Virus record (IMG/VR): IMGVR_UViG_2061766007_000803
DNA from: an uncultured virus (IMG/VR IMGVR_UViG_2061766007_000803)
Taxonomy: Duplodnaviria > Heunggongvirae > Uroviricota > Caudoviricetes
Reading direction: 5' to 3' (one strand)
DNA length: 64,000 nucleotides
A model generated the notes under the pieces. The model was not told the DNA's origin. It searched no databases and saw only the letters and a program-made list of their open reading frames with translations. Shown one piece after another: positions 1 through 13,500 of this stretch (position 1 is the stretch's first letter; every line of letters begins with the position of its first letter). The position numbers and the translations under genes are program-made.

Positions 1-1287
1 CTATATCTATTTTTGATTGTATATCTGTAGAATAAAAATAATTATAATCTCCAGTAGTATCTTTTGCTTTCCATGTTAAATCTCCCAAATCTACTGACGC
101 CCATTCTTCTACAACTTCTCCAGCGATTATATCAACATAACCACCATATACCGTATTATTTGAAGAATATGATTCGTATGTTGTCGCCGCACTTCCTAAT
201 TCTAACTAAATATCTACAGTACTCATAAAACTATTTACAATTGCCTTACTACCTCCACTATCTAGATAACCAAAACTTATAATTCCACTAGGTCCTGTTG
301 TAAATGTATAACTTTGTCCGTAAGAATTATTATATGCACCATTTAAAATATAAAAAATATCTGAACTACCAGCAGTTGATGTAGTAATTGAAGTATCATT
401 GGTCGTAAATACTCTAACAATCCAATAAGCAACGGATTCCGATTCAATATTTCCATTGGAATTTGGTTTTATTGTATAAACTGTATTAGGTATTAATTGT
501 ATTGAATCTGTATATTTATATGAATATGGTCCCAGAACTGTGTAATTATCTAAATTTTTATAAATTGGATCAAATTTATTTTTACCTATTATTGGAAATG
601 TTATTGTATCCATTTTTCCATCATATGGTACCCATGTATAATCCTCATTTAATTCTGTTATCATAAGTTCAGATATAGTGAAACTCATACCTACATTATA
701 AATTGTAATACATTGCGAATGCGGATTACTAGCATTCTATCTATTCTCATATTCAAAAATTAATTTATCGCCATCAATAATTTTTGGAGCCATTCTGTTT
801 CCANNNNNNNNNNAGAAAATGTTTTATTTAAAGGATTTGTAATAATATTAGTAATTCTAAAGGATATCATATATGTATGGCTAAATTTTAAATTATCAGT
901 TTCTACTTCAAAATACCCATTTTTATAAATAGAGCCAGCAGTATAATCCGTACTCTAAACTTCCTGTGTAATAACTAAGGAGGTATCTGGAGGTGTAAAA
1001 TTAATAGTACTTATAGAAGTACCATAACTGTTTGGACCAGCACTCCTTGGATAACCTGGATATTTAGTTGTATATACGCCATAACCTACTATATGAACTA
1101 AATTTTTTATTCCGGAACAAATAGTAATACTATTTGAACCATTAATTGGTCTTACATTTTCGGAACTTGGATTACCGCTTCCTTCTTGAATTGGTAAAAA
1201 GCGATGTTTTAAACTTTCAATGGGAACTATGGAAGCGCTTTTGAAACTAGCAACATCATTACTATTAGTATACATTAAGTTGCCCAT
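1..1287 (-). CDS. Tail/virion-associated protein, TAG read-through, runs off window start
   Basis: ORF pieces 955-1287 and 206-688 both end in TAG and continue as open reading when TAG=Gln; N gap at ~804-813; Ser/Thr/Asn-rich, downstream of fibre-like genes. Confidence 0.55.
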
Positions 1288-3277
1288 GTAATCACGCTCC
1301 CATATTCTCCATCTGTAATTAATATTTCATATACTGTATCTGAATTAAGTGACTCCGGATCAAACCAAACAGGCCATTTAACCGTATTTGGAACGGTTAA
1401 TACTGTTGCAGTAGAACCGCTTTCAAATATAACATCCATAGTTCCAACAGAAGGTGGAGTAATTGAAATAGTAGAAATTTCACCGCATACATAACGGACA
1501 TTAGGTTGGCCAGTAATTGAAACAGTAGTACCTGAGACTATCTCAGTTAATGGAATATCTACTTGAGATGCAATTGAAGCTAAATCAATTCCAAGCATAG
1601 TTTGAATAGCTGCTTTTGCATTATCTGTATAAGTACCTAGTTCAATAGAAGGATCTATCTAAGTCGCGGCCTAAGTTGTATCTCCTGCAGCACGGGCTAG
1701 TCCATAAAAAACTGCATACTACTAATAAGTAGGAACAATCGGCTAATAATTTTGACTTCCTGATTTAATCGTATCTGCAGTGGCTTTTGATAGCATAATA
1801 GTATTTTCATTGGGAGAAGATCTCATTGCAGTACCAAATGTTGGATTAACTTTAACTACTCCAACAGTTGAAGCAGTTGCAAAAGGAATATTTGCTATTC
1901 CACTATTTAAGATAGATGTATTATTTATCTATATATCAGATACAGTTGGATCGATAACTCCAAGCATTGTTTTAATCGCTGTTTTTGCATCATTTGTATA
2001 TGTTCCTACAGTGTTAGAAGAAGATACTTGTGATGTATCACCCGCAGCTTTAGCTAATCCGTAGAATGTAGCCATATGCTAACGAGAAGGAGTAAGATAA
2101 GCAGTTCCAGATGTTCCTTCTTTAACATTGTTATCTGAAGCATNNNNNNNNNNNNNNNNNATCCATATTAAAATTCCCACTGATCATAATAACACCAGGA
2201 ATTGTAGTTGTTGCATATGGAATATTAGCAACTCCATCTGTAGTAATACTATTATTATTTATACGAACATCATATGGCATTAAGTTACCATATTTATTTA
2301 TAAAATAACCAGTGGTTTTTACATTATTAGGAAATGTTGCATTTTTCTAATAATCAAAAGAATATAAATGATCTGAAGCAGCATAATTAGTACCTTTAGT
2401 CCACCAAGTTGGTCCATATGCCCTTATTTCATATATACTCTAAGCTCCGGTTTGCGTAAAAGCACTAGCATTTTTATTATATGCCGACATAAAAATAACT
2501 CTATAATTCCAATAATTAGTTGGTTGAGTAGAATTACCACCAAAAGTATAAGTGCCATCAAACTAAATATAATTATTACCAGACCAACCAAAAAATAATG
2601 CATTNNNNNNNNNNNNNNNNNNCCATGTATCGGGACTATTCCCCTTCGCGCGCTATACCCGAATATTCATTCTATCTCCATTACTTCCTATCCAAAAATA
2701 CATTTCACGAAGACTATTATATCTTTCAGTTGAAAGAAAATAAGTGGGATTCCAATAATTATATTTTTCAGTTTCTAGTGTATTTTCTGGCACATCATAT
2801 TTCATTGCAGTAAAAGTAACACGCAATCCACATAATGTACTTCTTTCATTATTGATTCGTGGTAATGATATAGAAGGTCTTTGTTCTGAAAATAATTTAG
2901 CTTTATCTATATCTGCAACTCCAGCATCTTCCCAAGTAATTCCGCCGTCTGTTGTTTTTTCAATAATAATCTATTCTGGTGATAAAAATGCTAAGCGATT
3001 TGCTCGCAAATCATTTATCTATGGCATTATTGTAATGTCTTTTACTGTTTCTGCTATATAACTTGGTCTAGACATGTAACTGGTAAGAAGTGACATTTTA
3101 GTCCAACTACCATTTGATACGCCTAAGACTTTATAATTATCAGAAGAATTCGCAGTAGGTAAAATAATNNNNNNNNNNCTCATTAGCATAAATATTCCAT
3201 TTATAATTACTATTACCCAATGTATATGTATTATTTTCTTTGGGGAGAATATTCAATCCGAAATTTATATTTGCCAC
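1275..3277 (-). CDS. Tail fibre/receptor-binding-like protein with internal duplicated repeat (TAG read-through)
   Basis: GTG start after RBS; two copies of FYGLA(K/R)AAGDT..GTYT..AK.AI.TMLG; in-frame TAGs; N gaps make single-gene status partly inferred. Confidence 0.55.
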
Positions 3278-3302
3278 TTTTCTCACCCCTTATATATTAA
3301 TA

Positions 3303-3616
3303 TTATCCTTGTGGTTCTTCCTCCGGAATTTCTGGTTCTTCTGGTGTCTCTGGTTCAGGGTCCACAAGTTCTCCTAAACTCTTGCGGTCAATTAATTTAC
3401 CATTTGCCTAAGCTAAAATAACAGTCTGTAACTGACGGTCATCACGCTTACAAAATGCACCAAATACCTCAGAGAAATCACCCATTGCACGCTTAAGTGC
3501 NNNNNNNNNNNNNNNNNNNTATTACTATCGAAGTTCTTTGGGTATCCGGTTAGTACATTAAATGTACCATTCGCGTCTACAACCCATGCTTCAACTCTAA
3601 AAATACTTCTTGCCAT
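3303..3616 (-). CDS. Hypothetical protein with acidic Pro/Glu tail
   Basis: GGAGG RBS, MARSIFRVEAW..., ends PETPEEPEIPEEEPQG-TAA; TAGs and N gap inside. Confidence 0.5.
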
Positions 3617-3633
3617 AATTATTACCTCCAATA

Positions 3634-4026
3634 TTATGCCGTAACAGTACTGTTACCATTCTAATCTACTTCTATTTCTAATGGAATAAAATCATTAGCA
3701 CTTCCATTAGGAATATATACTGTAAATTTATGAGAACTTGTATCAGGTATATCCATATATACTTCTGAAATCCATGCTCCAAAATTACTAGGATAATATC
3801 CAGCACTTCCTGTAATTCCTACTAACTAATATCCATCATAACTATCATTTAATGTTTGTATATCATTATAACTTCTTACAGGAATATTACCAGTAATACT
3901 CGCGCCAGATTTATCATGTGCGGTGGTACCACTCAACATTTTATTTGCTGCGACAGTATCACCGCTTATATCAATTAATGTTTCGTCTCCAAATTGAACT
4001 TTATTTACATATGGGTTATTTGCCAT
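3634..4026 (-). CDS. Tail-fibre-associated protein (paralog of 4041-4658 N-terminus)
   Basis: MANNPYVNKVQFGDETLIDISGDTVAANKMLSG; extends through TAG to TAA at 3634. Confidence 0.6.
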
Positions 4027-4040
4027 AAGGAATCACCGCC

Positions 4041-4658
4041 TTATGCCTAAGCTACTGGCGCCACTGTTCCTATAGTAACGGTTTTTCCGCCCGCGAGATT
4101 ATCAGTTTCAGTTTTAGCAATAGCAGAAACACTAATCTAAGTAATACTATTAAAATTACCTAAATCAGTTGGAACTATTGTCTATGCAGTAGTATAAGGA
4201 GTAATACTTGCACTTGTGGCTTTAACACCTTCCATATTACTCATAGTACCTTCTATACCTAAAACAGTTATGCCCTAACGTACATTTGCTGCTACTAAAG
4301 CAGATTTATCTGCTGAACTTAATCCGATACCGCCGCTACCATCATGATATCCTTGTGGGATATTTACTTCGGAATCACGTGCGCTTAAAGTATAATGAAC
4401 CTCACCACGATTTGTCATTGTACCTTGTAACTTTGATTTATTAACATATGCATACTTGCCAGAAAGAATTTCATCTGTAGTGGCATCAGCATCTGTAGTA
4501 TCACTATCAAAAGTACATTCACCCGTGATTGGTGCGCCTGTATGGTCATGTGCAGTGAATCCACTTAACAATTTATTCGCGGCAACAGTATCACTACTAA
4601 TATCCATAATAACATCGCTACCGAAAATAACCTTATTAACATATTGATTACTTGCCAT
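4041..4658 (-). CDS. Tail-fibre-associated protein
   Basis: MASNQYVNKVIFGSDVIMDISSDTV..., IPQGYHDGSG motif typical of phage fibre repeats; extends through TAGs to TAA. Confidence 0.6.
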
Positions 4659-4670
4659 AGTAATTCCTCC

Positions 4671-5158
4671 TTATCCTATTGTAAAGGTGTATCCACCTGC
4701 ATCATTGCTTGTCTTATGACATGGGATTTTTTCAACAACTAAGTTATTTTCCATTATTCTATCTTCAGTTTTTAGGACCTAATCAACTAAAGGTAATGGA
4801 GTAACTTGATAATTTCCTTTATAAGTTCTTTTCTATATTAGAATATTTTCTGGTATTGGGTCTATTNNNNNNNNNNNNTATTTTTTGTTTTTAATGTCTA
4901 TTCAACATTTAATAATGGTGTAATATGATACGGCCCATAATAATTTTCTATTAAATCGTGTACGTCCTATGGGTCTGTTGCTTCAATATATGCACCATAT
5001 CTTAATTTAAAATCCTCAATAGTACCGATAAATCCGGTATTCTTCGCCTATTCATATAGCTATGTCATTTCTAAAGTTTTATCATATTTCTCCCAAGGAT
5101 AAATATGCTTTAGTACCGTGTGCTATGGATTAGGCGGTAATTGATAATTTTGACTCAT
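4671..5158 (-). CDS. Hypothetical virion protein (multiple TAG read-throughs)
   Basis: AGGAG RBS + ATG 5158; open only if TAG=Gln; ends ..NDAGGYTFTIG-TAA. Confidence 0.5.
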
Positions 5159-5176
5159 AAATATTTCAACTCCTTA

Positions 5177-5944
5177 TTAGAATTGTAAATATTTTGCCAT
5201 CATATAGCCTGTTCTATTTTTATATTTAACTTTAACCCACTCAGTGTCCTCGAGAAGTTCAACTTTTTCTCCTGTGTTTACACGCATTAATATCGATCCA
5301 TTTGTAGATGGAGCCGCGCGCAAAGCTAAGCGAGTTCCAGTTACGATAGCATATTTTGCATTGTCCGGCACTTTAATTTCCTCCTCTTTCTTAGTATCAT
5401 AAGTAACTCCTTTGAGTTCTCCCCAATAAGTCCACTTACCACCAGAAATTGTAGTCATAATGACACCAGCCTAAGTTCCGCTAGCTTCAATTACTTTATC
5501 ATTACCAATATAAAGGCCAACGTGTCCATGATTTGAATCATTACCCGTAAAGACGGCGGTACCGGGCTTTAATTCCTGCCCGTCTGTGCGGCCTTTCTTT
5601 GTTAATTTACCTTTACTAGTACAATATTTATTATACATGGTATTAGAGCCATGATACATATAGCCGCCAAGTTCTTTAAATGCCCAATAGAACAATCCAG
5701 AACAATCGGTTACAATATGTCCAATCCATTTTGCGCCATATACTGCGCCATAATATTTATCTTGTTCTTTTGCACTTGGATTACTTTTCCAGTTCGCGCC
5801 ATAATTAGATACAAACTTATTTACTAGACTATTTTGTTTTGCTTGAGTCCAAGTCTCATGCCATGCTCCATAAATATATCCCCATTTATTATCATAGGCA
5901 TACTGGAACTTAGCAATTAAATCAACCGCATAAATCGTCGCCAT
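5177..5944 (-). CDS. Endolysin: NlpC/P60 catalytic domain + C-terminal SH3b
   Basis: DCSGL and HVGLYIG motifs; one in-frame TAG (5471-5473) joins ORF 5471-5980 to SH3b ORF 5177-5458 (LALRAAPS...WVKVKY..TGYM). Confidence 0.85.
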
Positions 5945-6293
5945 CTTCCTCGCCTCCTTCTTCATCATCAATAGATTCATTATCAGTAGATTTATCAGTT
6001 ATTCCTTTAAAAATTGTTTTAAACCATCCCTTATTAAATGCGCTGATAACAAATCGGTCACTATAAATATATTTTTCTCCTAAAGAGTTAACTAAATATG
6101 TGCCTTCATTAATAATCATAATTGTATCTAATGTACCAATAGTAGATACTATTGCAGTTGCAGAGTCAGGCGAAACTACTGACGCGAATAAAGCTGCAAA
6201 ACGATATATTGCCCATACATAACAGATAAACTTACTAAGCCACTTACTGTATTGTAATGCTGCTGCAGCAACAGCTGCCTTTTTCTGACCCAT
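5922..6293 (-). CDS. Putative holin / membrane protein
   Basis: Hydrophobic segments, acidic C-terminus, overlaps endolysin start. Confidence 0.5.
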   Translation of the reverse strand: MGQKKAAVAAAALQYSKWLSKFICYVWAIYRFAALFASVVSPDSATAIVSTIGTLDTIMIINEGTYLVNSLGEKYIYSDRFVISAFNKGWFKTIFKGITDKSTDNESIDDEEGGEEDGDDLCG

Positions 6294-6310
6294 AGTATCA
6301 CTCCTTATAA

Positions 6311-6732
6311 TTATTCTTCTTCTTTAACCCAGGTTTCATTTTTATGTACTAGTCCACTTCCACTAGTAATTTTATTAGAAACAAGAGTTATATTAGGGAA
6401 TTTGCTATTATTATAACCATACTCTAAATAAGTANNNNNNNNNNNNNNNNNNNNNNNNNNNNNNNNNNNNNNNNNNNNNNNNNNNNNNNNNNNNNNNNNN
6501 NNNNNNNNNNNNNNNNNNTTTGCTCCATGTTTCATTATATCCTGGTACCACATTATCATTTTCATCAGTTACCATACATGAAACAAATGTCATATTTGGA
6601 TAAGTAGGATTATTATATGCCATTTTCATTTGGCCATGAAATCCTCTAATTGCTGAATCTAAGGTATCATGAACTTCGATACCAACGGTATAATTATCTC
6701 CATCTTTACGAATACGATGAAGGAAGAATTTA
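6311..6732 (-). CDS. Hypothetical protein (partly in N gaps)
   Basis: Duplicated motif Y.N..(Y/F)PN(M/I)T.VS...NETW.K across the gap. Confidence 0.4.
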
Positions 6733-6791
6733 NNNNNNNNNNNNNNNNNNNNNNNNNNNNNCCTTCTATAAAATATAGAAGGGCATATTTT

Positions 6792-7507
6792 TTATTCTAA
6801 TACCTTTAAAGCTTCAGATTTATATTCTTCTGGGATAGGAGTGCCATAAACAACTGCACTAATTTCTTCAATTGTTTCTAGGCTATTTATATATCCCTTT
6901 AACGAATTATAATATGTAGTATTATAAATCTTTAATTCTGTTGCAGTTTGTACAATAGTATTAATTTCATCACTAGTATNNNNNNNNNNNNNNNNNNNNN
7001 NNNNNNNNNNNNNNNNNNNNNNNNNNNNNNNNNNNNNTGGTCTTGTGCGGTGAGTGAAAAGTGTTTGGTTTCGCCGCGAAGTACTAAATCAAATCCTTCT
7101 GTAATTGTTCTATTACATGCCATGCTCATTTGATTTATTTTTGCCGTGCGAACAAATTCACGAGTATTTTCATCCGCGGGAGAAAGCTATTCTGGTAGTA
7201 GTTCTTCCTCTACTTCTGTAATAGGCTCTAATTCACTAATTTCAGTATTAGTCTAAATAGCTTCCATAAAGATATTATATTGTTCTTCAGTAATAGCAAC
7301 TAAGGATGCTTCTTCATAAGGAACATCTTGTGTTTTAATTGATTTCATCCAAGTGCTATGGTATAAAATACCATTGTATGATACGAATTCACCATATTCC
7401 TCATTCGTACCAATATAGCACTGATGCTTTTGCTAATACCGAACAAAATCATTAGAGCAAACTGCACCAATGAATTCATTATTCTGCATTATTTTATAGT
7501 ATTTCAT
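6792..7507 (-). CDS. Tail fibre assembly-like protein (TAG read-through)
   Basis: GGAGG RBS, MKYYKIMQ...; C-terminal HFSLTAQDQ...YNSLKGYI..I..V.YG pattern; follows giant fibre gene. Confidence 0.55.
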
Positions 7508-7557
7508 ATGCTACCTCCAAAAGGAAGGAGGCGGAAAAATCCGCCTCCTTTATGATA

Positions 7558-10500
7558 TTAAATTGAGAATGAGTAGTTAAATCCGTATCCCTTATCAGTA
7601 TAGCTATTAGTAGCAGTATTGATAAGTGTACCTGCTTCATTTACATACATAAATGTTACAGTAAAGTTATTTGAATCATATACAGTTCTTGTCCACCAAG
7701 GTTCTGCTTTAACCCAACCGCCGCCAGGGCNNNNNNNNNNNNNNNGCGCCATTTATTACATCATCCGCAGTTACATAAATGTAAGCCGTATCAGTCTAAT
7801 CTATAAATATATCTCCACGTTGTACTCCACCAGAAACGGAGGAATTAATGGAAGTATAAATAGAAGTAGAAGGCGTATAACCAATATAAACATGATTACT
7901 GCGAGTACCGACTTTTAATGGATAAATTGGGAATCTTAGATTCATATAATTAGCATTATCAGTATTAGAAACTTCTGGCCAAGTGACACTACCAGTAGAG
8001 TATTGTCTTACAATCAATTGTGCAGGATTAATCCACTTCATCATACCTAATGCTTCTGAGCCATATGTAGCAGAACTTACATTACTGCTAAGTTCAACGG
8101 CAGAAGGAACAAAGATATAATCATTAGTAGTAACGGCATCACCGCTAACAATATAAGAATCAGTATAATCAATCTTTACATAAGTTNNNNNNNNNNNNNN
8201 NNNNNNNNNNNAATAATTGCCTGTAGTTTTGTAGGAAGACCTAACATAATTCTATTATTTGCAACATCACGCATTTTAGATGTAGACCATCCAATGGTTT
8301 CTCCAAGGATTCTATTACCTTTCATTGCAACATGTCCATATTGAGAAGCATTCATAGAAGTGAATACTAAGTTAGGACGATTTGTAAGTTGTGGGAATAC
8401 AAATCTAGATTCTTGCATACCAGAGAATTCTTCCAATGCAAATGTCATTGGCTCATGGCACCAAGAAGCTAACTGTTTACATTCGCCCGCGCCCAAGTCT
8501 TTGTTCCAATATTTAGCCCAATAAATTGTACCCTATGCACCAACCATTTCAGTTGATGTGGAGTTTAAGAATAGATTACCAAAGGTAAGTTTAGCATTAG
8601 TACTAAGATTACTCCATTCAATTTCTTGTACGAAGTGCTCATCATCTGTGCTAGTTAAAATACCATTGTCACTATATGCTCCAGAGTAAATATAAAGTTT
8701 AGTACTATTCTTTGGATGACGTAATACAATCATATTACGATAAGATGGAGGCGGAGCAGTAGGAGTACCACAAGGTCCTACTGGTTTAGAATAACTTGCG
8801 AGGTTACCAATAGTGCGTGTATCACCAAAACCTACACGAGGTCCAATTGGAATACTACCATTCTAACTAGAATAATCTAAATTATAGAATAGCTTAAATC
8901 CAGCAACGCTACCACCAGAATTGGAATAACAAGATACTAATACCGCTTCTTTTACACTTGCTCCATATGTAACATTATCAGCAAATGCATAATCAATTGC
9001 TAGTGTAAATGCATCATTTCCAGCCGCGAGAGGAGCAATATTGGCTTCAAATGGAACTGTCTGTGTTGCATCGTCAAAACGAGCAATATAGTAGTTACCA
9101 GTTTCATTTAATTCAGAAGTCATTGTTTCAGTCGCGCCTGTACCGATAAGTAATCTACCGGGTTCTTGGCTATCATAACCCATTGTAACAGACATTCTGT
9201 CATTTACGGCTAAATCCCAAGCAACACGGTCTTCATCATCTAATGCCGCGAGTACTGCTAATTGTTCTGGAGTAGGATTATCTAGATTATTTAATAATGT
9301 TGTTATAGGAACATTAGTTCCTTCAGAGTATGTTGCATAAATATTATATGCTGTATCAGTAGCCAATGGAGTGATATTAATTGGAAGTTTATCCCAACCG
9401 GTGAAAATCTTATAAGAAACTGTCTTAGGTGAAGTATTATGTGGTGTTATCGTAGATGTTACAAAGCCAGCATCTTGAATATCTTTAACGGTTGGAGCTT
9501 CAAGATTATATCCACCGCCATAAGGAACTGTTTCACTTGTNNNNNNNNNNNNNNNNNNNNNNGCTATTCATCCACCATTTTACAGGATATACACGGTCAG
9601 TGCTTGTATAAACCGCAATTAATGTTAAATCACCTGTTACTGTTGCGGCGATACCATTCTAGTATTCCTATTGTACAGAAATAGACCTATTAGAGCGGCG
9701 CCATCCAGACCAACGAATATATTGTAATGTTTGATTTCGAGAACCAAATGTATACTCATATTGCGCGGTAGGAGCTTTGGCAACATCTTCTTCAGTTACT
9801 AGATGGTTATATAGAATATCAATGATTGTAGAACCATCACTTACATACATTGTATAAAGTGCATCATCATCAGAATCATTTGCATTTAGTTTATACATTA
9901 CTTTATGTTTAGTCTGTTGATTTGCTGGATTAGTAACTAAAGTTAATTGAGGCTGTGACCATGTATTTTCATAAAGAGTTTTTTCAATTGTACTCCATTC
10001 ACCAGTTACGGTTAAGTTACCAGAAAGTACAATTCTCTTAATTAAGTTACCATCGTCATCATATTGTGTTTCGAGTTCGTGTTTTCTCTGTAAGAAAGGC
10101 TCTAATTCAGCAATATTGATAATAGAAGAAGTATTTAGATTCTGTAAGTATAGCGAATCAACATTGTTTAATGCTTCCGCCGCGATGGTTAACCAATTGA
10201 TATTAGATGAATAGTCACTGTCATTGATATTTAAATTAATTAAGTGACTATAATCTATTTCACTTGTAGCTTTATTCTTGATATAGAAATCAGTTAATAA
10301 TCGTGCAGACTTTAATGCTACAGAAGTTACTGTACTTGGTAGATGTAATGTTCTAATACTAGAATAATCTGGGAGTGAAACACCTGTAATTTTAGTACCT
10401 TCAGCTTCAACAACACGTAAATTATAACTCTAACTTAAATCAATAGAGCCTGTTAAGTTATTACAATTCTTAACATTTAATGTTTCAAGAATTGGCATAT

Positions 10501-13500
10501 CCTTATCAATATTTAATGTTGTGAAAGAAGGATTATTATAATTAGCATTATCAGTACCAATATCAAGTATCTTTAAGCGTTTTGCACGACCGAATTCATT
10601 ATCATAGAAGTACATTGCTGCAAGGTTACCTAATCCTTGAATATGTTCAGCACCACGAATATAAATACGAGTTTCATGCTTTTCGCCGCTGCAATCAACA
10701 GAAACTTCCTAACCCGCAACTGCCCGAATTGGACCATCGCCACCGCCAACAGGGCCGCGAACATTACCATTACCAACTTCAACGTTAATATACATATCTT
10801 GGTATGGTGTAATTTTTAAGGTATAATCAAGCGGTACCGCTAGGTTAGATGTATCACCAGGTGTTGTACATACAATTTCAATAGAGTGTGCATCTGTAAT
10901 AACATTGTTTAGACGATATTTACTACCAAAGTAGATTGCCTAATTACGAATCCATTGACGACGTTGATACTTTTTACGGCCTTGCATCATAGAACGTAAG
11001 AAACGAATATTACGTTTGCCCGCGGTTAGTGAATTATCATAAGATAATCCAGTAAATGTACGGATATATTTACGTTGAATATCAAGACGCCAAATTTCTT
11101 CTGGATAACAGGCTTGGAATTTATCAAATTCATTGATAAGGTCTTCTGCATCACTGAAGCACTTGCCATCAACTTGAGTCATAATAGTCGCAATTTCATC
11201 TGGGAATGTATCGCTTAAACGACGCCAGAAGATTGAACCAGCACCATTAAAGGCATAACCAGAGTCAATATCACCAGTTACACGATAATCTCTATCTTCT
11301 TTACCATATGGGAATATTAAAGCACCATTATTATCAATACCAGCCGCAGTATCAGTATCATAAGTCCAAAGGTCAAATGCATACTGAGTATAATACTGCT
11401 GTGTATTATCAAATGTTCCAGTTGCTGGCTCATAGCCACCATTACCATCAGATACTTCATAAATATGGAATAAGGCAGGAACTGCACGGCCAACAGGAAC
11501 TGCGCGATGAACACCTGTTTTAGCAAAGTGCCAGAATGTATTCTTTGCGCGGTTATCCATCATTGTATAATAGTGAGTGAAAGCATAGAAGAATTCAACA
11601 GCACTTGGTACTACCCATAAAGCAATTTCATTTTCATATTGTGCCTATGTAGAAGTAATTACCCACTCATAGAAAGCTTCCCAAACCGCGCGGTTAATGT
11701 TAAACTGTGCATCATCATCTTGACCAGCAGTTTGATTAATTAAATCGCCATCACGATAGTCGCCGCGACAAGCATAACGGAATTCAAAAGAGTGTTTACC
11801 ATCAAATGCTTCACTAGAAAGCATTTTATGACGATAGTTAATATATTGATTATTACCATCTTTTGCGTTCCACTCTTCAGGGGTAATTGGGAAGATATAT
11901 TCCATAGAGTTAATTGTTGTAGATTCAGCAATTGCTGAAGTTTCTACTGTTCTTGTATTACCATCCATAAATACGCCAGACTGGAATTGTGAATTAGCAG
12001 TATTGTTATCAGAAATTTCAATAGTAAATTCATTCATATCTGTTGGGTCATACGCACGAGTATAGTCGGTTTTCTTAGAGTCACCGATATTACCTAATGC
12101 GTAGAAGTGCCAATTACAATCATTAAATTCAGTATGGCCTANNNNNNNNNNNNNNNGCGCGTTTTCACGAATAAATAAGATTGCAGGAACAAATTCCATA
12201 TCATTCTTAATACGGCTATCGCGCTGTTTTGCAGGAGAAGCGTATGGTAAGAAGTCATTATAGCGCTTCTGAAATAGAGCATTATTAACATTTTCAGAAG
12301 ATGCTATATTAACTTTTAAGTTAAAGTAGTTATTTGGTACAGATGTATTTGCACCCGTATCTTTATTATGTGTTAAGGATACCTTACATTGGTCTCCCTT
12401 CCAGTTTTGGCATACTTCTGGAGTTTGTCCATCTGCAACTTGCCATGTCTGTGTTAGAGAGTCCCAAACAGAGGCATTCGCGCCACGTACTACATAGGAT
12501 TGATAGTCTTGATAACCGCTAACATTCTTTTTCTTTGCTGGTGCATTAACACCGTCACATTCAAATAAGAAGTCAACATTACGGCCTGCTTGACCATAGT
12601 TATCAGACGTAGTACCTTGGCCAGCATGATAACCATTTCCAAAGAACCAGTTATCTGCATCTAGATTTGCAGGATAAACTTTTCCGCCAACGGCTTGTAA
12701 GCATCTTAATGTAGAATTCTTTACATAATCGTTTTTACTAGTAGTAAATGTAGGAGTATCTAGCATTAAAATCTTAACATCTGGTACACGTTCGGATAAT
12801 TTAATTGGGTCTAGTACAGCATTGCCACCAGCATATGGAGTAAAGCCGCCCTGATTATTATTTAATGTAGAATCATAATAAATACTATTACGATTATAAC
12901 GGTCAATACGTTCATTTACTGTTGCGCCATCTGCAATGAAGTTCTTTAAAATCTTATTAGTTTCTAACCCTTTATTATAAACACGAAGTCTATAAATATG
13001 TACATCGCAATCAGGAGAACCAATTTGAATAATTGATTCAGAACCAGGAATCTGATATAAGATATCGCCATCGGCCGCAGCACTATAAGGATAAGCTTTA
13101 CTTGGAACACCATCTTCATAAGACATTATGAAATCTTCATTATTACCAGACCTATTAATATTAATATCTAATTCAATCTTATCGTCTTCAGAATATGGGA
13201 AATATAAGTAACTATTAGTAGATACAACAGAAGCTTCTTGAGAGCCTTGTTTTTCCCAATTTCCAGAAGTCCATTCGGCATCACTATTTGCAGTTGTACA
13301 TTTATATACTGCATCATTGTAAATTACTAAGTCATCTACTACATATGTTGTATTAGCTGTCCATGTATCATATTGCGCAGTATCTTCATCAGTAGCTTTA
13401 CTAGTCTTTAACCAACCTTCATGCGCGCGTAATTGAATACCAACTTGCTTATTATCATTTTGTGCATATTTACCCATATTAGTAAACCAAGTTGCGCCCG

